A stretch of 64,000 bases of DNA, from the IMG/VR virus record IMGVR_UViG_3300028412_000003; one strand, given 5' to 3'. Under the pieces are notes generated by a model. The model saw nothing but the letters and a program-made list of their open reading frames with translations. It was not told the DNA's origin and searched no databases. The DNA is from a virus (lineage: Duplodnaviria; Caudoviricetes). How positions within the stretch are numbered: the stretch's first letter is position 1; each line of letters opens with the position of its first letter. Position numbers and translations under genes: made by a program. This document shows, in pieces, positions 1 through 7,855 of this stretch.

Positions 1-3000
1 TACATCCTCTACAGATGTACTACTTGATGGTTCTAACGCTGTAGTACCAACCGCTCCTGTTACTATATTAAAAAATGCTATCTGTGTTGAAGGAAACCCT
101 TGGTTTCCTATTGCTAGTCTTATCCAATTATAACCATTTGGTTTCGCGTAAACTGAAAAAGTATACTCGGTTCCGGTTAATACACTAAATGTACTAGATT
201 GAATGTCGTGACTAGAAACCGAAGCTGTTGCTATTAGTCTGTCACTTAAGAAATAATCTGCTGGCGAAGCGGCTGACCAAGTTAAACCGTTATCATCTGA
301 AATTGCACCAATTCCGGAATTTCCAACTGCTAACAAATTATCAGTTCCGTCTCCGTCTAATGAATTATAATCACCAGCTGGTATAGTAGAACTAGACCAA
401 GTTATTCCGTCTGTTGTATAAGCTGATAAATCACTTTCTCCTACTGCAATTGCAGAACCATTTGAAATTGTAACATCTTTCCAGTTGCCTGACGAAGGAA
501 GTGTTCTATTATTTGCTGATGATGCTGGCGCCTCTATTGATACTCTAGGTAATATTTGATACCTTGAAGTTTCATCCAGTGCAGATTCAATATTCCATCC
601 ATTGCTTATATGATCCCATCCGGGTTCGTTATCAGATTCTCTGTATATAATTGCTATATTAGTTAGCGGATCGTAATTTTGTATCCATCCATATTGTCCT
701 ATTCCTGTTCCTGATATTAACAGAACTCTTTGTCCTTCTAATCTATCTGCTGTGTTATCATCTGCAGACGACAAGATTAAAGTAGTACCTGATCCACCCT
801 GGGCTCCGTTTATGAAATTAGTATAGTTTGCTCCACCTATTCTATTAGAGTCTTCTTCAGTTACTCTAATTTCAGATATTCCACCACTTCTAAATTCATC
901 AAATACAGCATCAACGCCGATACCAGATCCGGTTATGCCTATAGTTGCATCAGTGTAATCTTGTCCTGCGTGAGTAAATCCAACACTTAATATTTCTAAA
1001 GTTTTAGAGAGATACATCCTCTCTATTTGTGCTTCTTTTGTACGGTTGTTAAAGTTTGCTGTTATTGGTTCTTCTAAACCATTAAATCCCTCGGATACAG
1101 ATCCGTACGTACCATAAGAGTTATTACCGTTTGTTGCACGAACAAATCCACCATTTGTAGTTAAGTAACCAATATGACAATAGTATGTAAAAACCGATAC
1201 TAATTCAGATCTTCCTAGGTTATCCGCCCAAAATCCAATTCCATCAGATAGTATCTGTGTAAAGTCGTTTGCTACAACTGATCTATATCCATCATTGTGT
1301 AGACTTCCATCTACTTTAAGACCAACACATCCGGTTCCAAATGTTGAAACATTTTGTATGTAAGGAGATTTAAATAAAATTTGAACATCTGCATCGTCTG
1401 GTCCTGTTCCGGGATCAAGAGAAACAAATGCCCCAGCTGATGGTCTTCTAGTTAGATTTTCGTTAGGTTCACCTAACGTACCTGATAATCCTCTCAAACT
1501 CATATTTAGTATACCTGATCCGTTACGAACATAAAACATATTTGATTCTTGATATCCGGCAGCAGGTTTAATAACAGTTGATCTTAATTCGTCACCAACT
1601 AACGCTACATCTTGAGGAATACTTATTGGTAATATTTCTTCATAAGTTCCTGTTTTTATAAAGATAGTAGCCGGTGCACGCGCCGCTTCATCTGCTAAAA
1701 TATAATCACATGCGTATTTTACTGTTCTAAACGCCGATGAGATAGCTTTACCATTTTGTTCAGAATCAACTCCTCCAGGTGCAACATAATAAATTTTATT
1801 AACAATTTCAAAATTTTTCCAGTCTATTTCACTAGAATCTAAAGGTGATAACGCTTGGCCTACTGTTCCTATGGGTAAAGGCTTGTTACCAATTGAACTA
1901 GTGCTATCTTCATCAAAACCGTATGATAAAAGATCTCCAACTTCATTTAATGTTGCATCTTCGTTACCTTTTACTAGTATAGTCCAATATTGATTTGCAC
2001 CAGTTAAAGGATCAGTATCATATTTTGGCCTTGATTCAAATTCGTTTACTGAATGTTGTTTAATACATATAAAGGCAGTTGATTCATCTAATACAACATC
2101 ACCAAGGAAATAAACATTAGATGAACTATCATCTTCATTATATCTTGACCATTCTTTTCTATGATTTTGACTTGTTGAAAGTAATTCCCAATATATAGGA
2201 GATTCGCCAGGTTGTTCGTTTAAGTTACCTTCTTGATCTCTTAATGCCACGTAAAGATATCCTCCACGTGTTGTTAAGTCTCCTACTCGGTAAGAATTTG
2301 TAGAAACATATTCACCACTGTATTCATAAGCAGTTGTAATTACTTCCCAAAATCCCAAATCTTGAGTTAGTAGATCTGTTCCGGGTTCTTCCCCTGTATT
2401 AACTTGTAGAGAAATATAAGTGTATCCACCGTAAGAAACTATATCACCGATTTGATATTCTGTGTCAGAAAACCAAATGTCTTCAAATCCTAGTCCCGGA
2501 AGCCATATGTTCCAATTTCCATATTCAAAAGTTACATCTTCATTTCCACCGGTACAGATATAAAGGCTATCTGAATACTTTACGATATCATTTATAATGT
2601 ATCGAGTAGAACCTGCCCAGGTAGATCTATATCGTATACCCCTAAATACAATTTCCCAATTAGCATCATCAGTTTCTAATCCAAATGTTGTTGTTCCGGC
2701 AGAAGTGTGTCGAGTTACACAACGATGTAAATTTGCCCCGTACCTAGCAATATCGTTTACTTTGTAATCAGTATTAATTTGCCAATTGTTTTTCCAAGAA
2801 TCACTTCGAGTAACAATATCCCATTTAGATTGATCGTTTTCTAAACCATCTGCTAAAATAGAGCTAGTATGTTCCGTATTCGCAATGTATACAATTCCAT
2901 TATATTTTACAACATCATTAACACGATATAATGTAGATTGTACCCAATTATTGGTCCAATTTGATGTTGGAGCAATGATTATCCATTTTCCAATATCATT

Positions 3001-3306
3001 ATTTAATGTTGTGTCAGATGTATGTTCTGTAATTGCTCTGTAGACAATACCATTATCTTTTACAACATCATCTATTTTATAGAATGTAGAATTAGTCCAG
3101 TTACCTTTCCAGTCTATACCGTCAGAATGTAACTCCCATCTGTTAGCAGAAAAATCTGTAGCTATCAAAGCATCAGAAGTATGCGCCGAAAGTGCAACAT
3201 ATACTCGTGCACCGTAATAAACTATATCATCTTTTCGATATACAGTTGATCCTTCCCATTCTCCTTGCCACCTAAATCTTATTCGTGCTAAATTAAATTC
3301 TGCCAT
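1..3306 (-). CDS. Giant fibre/depolymerase-like virion protein, 3'-truncated at the window edge (>=1102 aa); missing from the ORF track
   Basis: ATG at 3306 (MAEFNLARIRFRWQGEWEGSTVYRKDD), and my manual translation stays open to position 1. About 8 W-x5-Y-x3-D-x-V-x-Y-x-G repeats (chitin/CBM-like) are followed by a pectin-lyase-like beta-helix entry motif (YYVAPGGVD...TIFIKTGTYEE), BNR-like motifs (TDGITWS, SDDNGLTWS) and a jelly-roll-like YTFSVYAK segment. TATAAATA lies 24 nt upstream. Confidence 0.8.
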   Translation of the reverse strand, partial: MAEFNLARIRFRWQGEWEGSTVYRKDDIVYYGARVYVALSAHTSDALIATDFSANRWELHSDGIDWKGNWTNSTFYKIDDVVKDNGIVYRAITEHTSDTTLNNDIGKWIIIAPTSNWTNNWVQSTLYRVNDVVKYNGIVYIANTEHTSSILADGLENDQSKWDIVTRSDSWKNNWQINTDYKVNDIARYGANLHRCVTRHTSAGTTTFGLETDDANWEIVFRGIRYRSTWAGSTRYIINDIVKYSDSLYICTGGNEDVTFEYGNWNIWLPGLGFEDIWFSDTEYQIGDIVSYGGYTYISLQVNTGEEPGTDLLTQDLGFWEVITTAYEYSGEYVSTNSYRVGDLTTRGGYLYVALRDQEGNLNEQPGESPIYWELLSTSQNHRKEWSRYNEDDSSSNVYFLGDVVLDESTAFICIKQHSVNEFESRPKYDTDPLTGANQYWTILVKGNEDATLNEVGDLLSYGFDEDSTSSIGNKPLPIGTVGQALSPLDSSEIDWKNFEIVNKIYYVAPGGVDSEQNGKAISSAFRTVKYACDYILADEAARAPATIFIKTGTYEEILPISIPQDVALVGDELRSTVIKPAAGYQESNMFYVRNGSGILNMSLRGLSGTLGEPNENLTRRPSAGAFVSLDPGTGPDDADVQILFKSPYIQNVSTFGTGCVGLKVDGSLHNDGYRSVVANDFTQILSDGIGFWADNLGRSELVSVFTYYCHIGYLTTNGGFVRATNGNNSYGTYGSVSEGFNGLEEPITANFNNRTKEAQIERMYLSKTLEILSVGFTHAGQDYTDATIGITGSGIGVDAVFDEFRSGGISEIRVTEEDSNRIGGANYTNFINGAQGGSGTTLILSSADDNTADRLEGQRVLLISGTGIGQYGWIQNYDPLTNIAIIYRESDNEPGWDHISNGWNIESALDETSRYQILPRVSIEAPASSANNRTLPSSGNWKDVTISNGSAIAVGESDLSAYTTDGITWSSSTIPAGDYNSLDGDGTDNLLAVGNSGIGAISDDNGLTWSAASPADYFLSDRLIATASVSSHDIQSSTFSVLTGTEYTFSVYAKPNGYNWIRLAIGNQGFPSTQIAFFNIVTGAVGTTALEPSSSTSVEDV

Positions 3307-3329
3307 TTGATTTCCTAATATTTTTCAAG

Positions 3330-3337
3330 TATTTATA
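3330..3337 (-). promoter_or_regulatory. T4-type late promoter TATAAATA
   Basis: Exact T4 gp55 consensus, overlapping the stop of the upstream ORF; a gp55-like sigma is encoded in the window. Confidence 0.75.
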
Positions 3338-3683
3338 TACCCGTTGGATAGACATAACTTTGATTAATCCTAACCACAAGTTGTCCGTCATCATCTATAT
3401 AATAAAGAAGATTTCTTTCGTCCCAACGAAATTGTTCATAATTAAGATTTTCATAAACAATTTCATGATTTTCATCTCTACCTTCTATATAATCTATTCC
3501 TTCTTCAAAAGTTGGATAATTTTCTTCTGAATCTCCGGGTGTGTTAATTTCTATTACGTCTGTTTTTTTAGACTGGTCTAACTTTGCTAGATAAAGTTCT
3601 CCATCGTCGGTTCTTCTAAATCCGTAAAAGAATCTTGGGTTCATTGCGTCAAAATAACGCGAGGTATCTCCACCTACTATCAT
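3333..3683 (-). CDS. Hypothetical virion-associated protein (116 aa)
   Basis: ORF with an AAGGAG RBS, inside the fibre gene array. Confidence 0.7.
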   Translation of the reverse strand: MIVGGDTSRYFDAMNPRFFYGFRRTDDGELYLAKLDQSKKTDVIEINTPGDSEENYPTFEEGIDYIEGRDENHEIVYENLNYEQFRWDERNLLYYIDDDGQLVVRINQSYVYPTGI

Positions 3684-3693
3684 AATTTACTCC

Positions 3694-4023
3694 TTATACA
3701 ATCTCAACATAGCTGATTATTGCATCAACTGATTCTAATTCATCGCTCCATACCTTTAAGGTATAATCTGGAGGAATTATTAATTTTTCACCATTAGTAA
3801 CTGCTCTTAAACTCTTTCTAGCAGGAATTGGTTCTTCGTTTAAATAATATGTTTCAATGCTAGTATCATCTGTTAATGTCACATTTACATTAACCGGATA
3901 ATCCGTAGTGTTGGTTAATGATAAACCAATAACAGTTAATTGCTGAACTGCAGAAGCTTCTAGTGCAGTAATAGGTGCTGTTCCTACATCGTTTATTAAT
4001 TTATTTCTAAAAAAGGTAGCCAT
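3694..4023 (-). CDS. Small beta-rich fibre adaptor/structural protein (109 aa), paralogue of 11257-11595
   Basis: Pattern TVIGLSLTN...V.L...IP..SL...EK.I.....L.V resembles the 112-aa protein; lies between fibre genes. Confidence 0.65.
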   Translation of the reverse strand: MATFFRNKLINDVGTAPITALEASAVQQLTVIGLSLTNTTDYPVNVNVTLTDDTSIETYYLNEEPIPARKSLRAVTNGEKLIIPPDYTLKVWSDELESVDAIISYVEIV

Positions 4024-4027
4024 TCTT

Positions 4028-7000
4028 TTATCCTAATGTTAATGCGTATTCAATTGCAAGATTTTCAGCATCGCCTGCTGAAATTCCGCCGCCTGCGCCT
4101 GCTAGTGAGGTCCAAAGAGTACCAGTATAAACTTCAACGCGCTTGTCATCTGTATTCCATCGAATTTGTCCTACTTGTGCTAACAATGAAGGTGGTCTAT
4201 CTCCGCCAGCCCCTCTTGGTAGAACTATACCATTTGCTCCACCAAATTTATAATATCCGTCTCCTGTTGACGACAACAAGGTTACTGCATCAAGTTGTAT
4301 ATTCGTTATTGTATTTCCACTAAATGCAAAATCTTCAACAATAACGGAACCTGTTCCGTTGCCGGATAATTGTATATCTTGATTAGTTGCTAGAGTTGAA
4401 ATAACATTCCCGTCAATATATAAATCGTCTGTTTCTATTCGGTCAAATCTTGCTCTTGTTGAATCTATGTCAGCTCTTAATACCCCGGCTGTATAGAATC
4501 TAATTATGTTATCGTTTGCTCCAGGAGTTAGTTCTGCGGTGATGTATGTATCACCGTCGTCGTCAATAACTCCTCCAATTTGTATCCAGCCTAGATCACT
4601 ATAACCTTCAAATCTGTTGTTTGTGGTATTGTATCTCAACATTCCTTCGGTTGTAGCTAATGGTCGTTCTGCTGTAGTTCCAGCAGGAATAGCAAGTGCT
4701 CCTGTACCTAATATTTCAACAATTTCGTTGGATGAAGAAAGTATTAAATTTCCTGAGGTACTAAGAATAGTTGCATCTGAAAAAGATAAATCGTCTATAA
4801 CAATATTACCGGTTCCTGAAGCTCTAAGTTCAAGATCGGCATTAGTATCAGTTGTCTCAATAACATTTCCTGTTATTCTTATTCCATCAAAGTCTGCAAT
4901 TGTTGAATAAATGTTATTCCATTTTAATATATCAGAACCTAAATTATAAGTTGCAGTCAATCTTGGTATTAAATCAGAATCTAAACTACCTGCTATTGTT
5001 ATTGAATCAGCACTTGAATCACCTATTGTTATATTCCCGCCGAGGAATATATCTTCATCTACTATTATGTTACCACTAATATAAACATTATTTAATAAGT
5101 TGATTGTGCCAGATGCTGAATTAAGATTAAGGTCACCGTTTAATGCTTCGATTGTATTGCCAGAAATTCTAATATTACCAGTATCAATTTCACTGCCTGA
5201 AATTATTGTTGTACTAAGACCTTCTGTTAATGTTATCACTTCACCTGAATTAAAGTTAACATTAGCAGACGTAAATTCAATAGCACCTGTTTCTTGATTA
5301 ATATAAAATAGATCCCCTACTCGAAAATCTCCCTTATGATCAACACTTGAGAATCTTATTTTTGCACGATTAAGTTCAACTACTTCATTCTCTTGTATAA
5401 CATCTATTACGTCGTTGTCTGATTTTTTACCAGCACCAACATAGGCCATATTATGACCAACAAGATACATAATAACACCTTCACCGTCACCGTACGCACC
5501 AAAATTACCATATATACTTGCAGATGAAATTGAACGAAGTTCTCCTCCAAAATCACTATAGTCAGCAAGTATTACCTTTGTAGAAGTTGCACCACCTGAA
5601 AATCTTATATCCTGTGCTAATTGTATATCATCAATAAAGATTGTCGACCCGTTAGTTCCGTTAAAATGAGCAAGTAATCCGGTTGAATTATTAGATAAAA
5701 ATTCTGATGTCGGTACTGAAGCAGTTGGTCCACTATAACCTGTTCCGCTTTCTATTCTAAGTTCGTCTATGTATCCAGAAAAAGTTCTTGTACTATCCCA
5801 TCGAGCACCAATTATTAACGGTTTAAGTACTCCGTAATTTGTAGTGTCTACATAGGTACCAATCCTTGTTGAGTTAATGTAAGCAGATGTTATCCCTGAT
5901 TTTCGAGTTACTAATATATATTGCCAAGACCCTGTTGAAATAGAACCTCCGGATATTATGGTTGTACTACCTGCTTCTACTCTTAACGTTGTGCCTTGTA
6001 AATATATTGATATTGCTGAGTTTGAAGCTGATCCTGCTCGGAAATCAACTAAGTATTGTACTCCTGATGTTGAAGTTGGATAGATAAAAAATTTAACTTC
6101 AAAGTCTCCTGTACCAAATCCAAATTCAGTAGTAGCAGCTACAGAAACATAATCTCCTAATCCGTCAAGTAACAAGGAAGCAGATCCAAATTTAGATCGC
6201 ACTGTTGATAATTTTGCATTTCCGTTTGGTTGCAATACTCTGTTTGCACGTTCTGCAAATGTTTCAAATCCGGTTGCCTTTCCGTCTAAGAATACTTTTC
6301 CGTCTGCTGAAATAGATTCAATAGTTCCCGATGCCAATAGTGTTGTATTATCTAAATCATAATACTCTACAGTTTCACCTGGCAAATAAGTTCCGGTTAC
6401 GTTTTCAAATCTTAATTGTGTTCTACCAATACCATATAAACCTGTAGCACCATCAACTCCGTAAATACCTTTATCTGCAAAATAAGTAAACGAATTAACC
6501 CATTCAATTCTAACACCATTTGTATAAGTTATTGCATCAACACCCGGGCATATAAGTGTTACTGAATGAAATAAAACAGCCGCTTCTATTGAAGTTGAAG
6601 TTGCTACTGCTCCATCAAAATATCCAGCTTTTCCTGCATCACCCGAATCAAATCCTCTAGGATCATTTGCGCTAGTAACTGAACCTTGTGTTATAACCGA
6701 ACAATTTCTTATATAAGGAGAACGACTAGTTATTTCAAATCCTGGTGCAAATCGAAAAGCATATCCTGTATTGTTTCCTGCATTATAGAAAAATCCAGAT
6801 ACAGTTAGATCTTCAATAGTAGACCCGCCATTTATTAAAAATGCATCTTCATCATTTGTCATTGGGGTTGGAGTAATGTTAACTGCTCGTAAATTTTCTC
6901 CTTTAACTGTTACTCCTGCCGGTACAATTAAAGGGAACATTTCTTGATATGTTCCGGGATAAATGTGAATAGCATCACCGGCTACTGCAACAGAAAGAGC

Positions 7001-7744
7001 TTGAGTTAGACTTGCAAAAGGTCCTTGGGGATGATCGCCAGTGAAATTTGAATCATCTCCGTTCTCTGCAACATAATAGATATTACCTTGTCTTAATTCT
7101 AAATCAACACCTGTTACCGAAAAGTTATTTGCAGTCAATGTATCTGCAAAAACTTCTCTAACATTAATGTCACTCCATCGATTAGTAAGAGATCCTAAAT
7201 CATACAAATCATCAACTGAAGGTATTAAGTCTCCTTCTATTTCTGCATTTAATGTAATAGAATCTGTATTCTCGTCTCCTACTATGATATTTCCATCTGT
7301 AGAAAGATTACCGGAGATATTAATATCTCCTGTTACGTTTGTAGTAGCAAGTAATTCAATAGTTCCGGTGCCATTTGGATTTAATTCTAAATTTGCATTA
7401 GACTCGTTTGTTCCAATTACATTACCGTCAAAACTAAGACTGTCAACTATTAATTTATTTTGATATATAACATTTCCTGGTGCAGAAAAAGTTAAGGTTG
7501 GATTAGTACTGATAATGCTATTAGAATCGATTAATATTCCATTTATGTTAGCACTGTCAGCTGCAATAGTATCAGTTGTAATAGGACCCTGTATATCAAG
7601 CGCGAACTGTGGAGTTGACGTGTTAATACCTACCCTATTATTGGTAACGTCTAGGTAAAGTAAATCCGTCTCAAAGGCTAGATCTACACCCAATCGTGTA
7701 AGGTCAGCTTTAAGCATGGGACCTGAAATTCGACCAAGTGCCAT
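4028..7744 (-). CDS. Large fibre protein with beta-helix and LamG/ConA-like domain (1238 aa)
   Basis: N-terminus MALGRISGPML; beta-helix entry YYVAENGDD...IHIYPGTYQE; LamG-like segment (KFGSASLLLDG...DFEVKFFIYP...YIDELRI); two IP.GTTAERP...RYNT...FEGY modules. Confidence 0.75.
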   Translation of the reverse strand: MALGRISGPMLKADLTRLGVDLAFETDLLYLDVTNNRVGINTSTPQFALDIQGPITTDTIAADSANINGILIDSNSIISTNPTLTFSAPGNVIYQNKLIVDSLSFDGNVIGTNESNANLELNPNGTGTIELLATTNVTGDINISGNLSTDGNIIVGDENTDSITLNAEIEGDLIPSVDDLYDLGSLTNRWSDINVREVFADTLTANNFSVTGVDLELRQGNIYYVAENGDDSNFTGDHPQGPFASLTQALSVAVAGDAIHIYPGTYQEMFPLIVPAGVTVKGENLRAVNITPTPMTNDEDAFLINGGSTIEDLTVSGFFYNAGNNTGYAFRFAPGFEITSRSPYIRNCSVITQGSVTSANDPRGFDSGDAGKAGYFDGAVATSTSIEAAVLFHSVTLICPGVDAITYTNGVRIEWVNSFTYFADKGIYGVDGATGLYGIGRTQLRFENVTGTYLPGETVEYYDLDNTTLLASGTIESISADGKVFLDGKATGFETFAERANRVLQPNGNAKLSTVRSKFGSASLLLDGLGDYVSVAATTEFGFGTGDFEVKFFIYPTSTSGVQYLVDFRAGSASNSAISIYLQGTTLRVEAGSTTIISGGSISTGSWQYILVTRKSGITSAYINSTRIGTYVDTTNYGVLKPLIIGARWDSTRTFSGYIDELRIESGTGYSGPTASVPTSEFLSNNSTGLLAHFNGTNGSTIFIDDIQLAQDIRFSGGATSTKVILADYSDFGGELRSISSASIYGNFGAYGDGEGVIMYLVGHNMAYVGAGKKSDNDVIDVIQENEVVELNRAKIRFSSVDHKGDFRVGDLFYINQETGAIEFTSANVNFNSGEVITLTEGLSTTIISGSEIDTGNIRISGNTIEALNGDLNLNSASGTINLLNNVYISGNIIVDEDIFLGGNITIGDSSADSITIAGSLDSDLIPRLTATYNLGSDILKWNNIYSTIADFDGIRITGNVIETTDTNADLELRASGTGNIVIDDLSFSDATILSTSGNLILSSSNEIVEILGTGALAIPAGTTAERPLATTEGMLRYNTTNNRFEGYSDLGWIQIGGVIDDDGDTYITAELTPGANDNIIRFYTAGVLRADIDSTRARFDRIETDDLYIDGNVISTLATNQDIQLSGNGTGSVIVEDFAFSGNTITNIQLDAVTLLSSTGDGYYKFGGANGIVLPRGAGGDRPPSLLAQVGQIRWNTDDKRVEVYTGTLWTSLAGAGGGISAGDAENLAIEYALTLG

Positions 7745-7843
7745 CTTTTTCCTCGCGCGGGGATCCTGTCCCTCAAACCACCTTACATTGCGGGTTTACC
7801 ACAGTTTGTCCTGAGGCGTTGCCTCCTCATTAATAGTATTTAG
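7745..7843 (-). promoter_or_regulatory. Late promoter (CTAAATA, 7837-7843) followed by a ~90-nt GC-rich structured 5' leader
   Basis: Hairpins GAGGC-AAC-GCCTC, CAAACT/GGTTTG enclosing GTGG/CCGC, and GGGA/TCCC; RBS GAGG before the ATG at 7744. Confidence 0.55.
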
Positions 7844-7855
7844 CGGAATTGTAAA

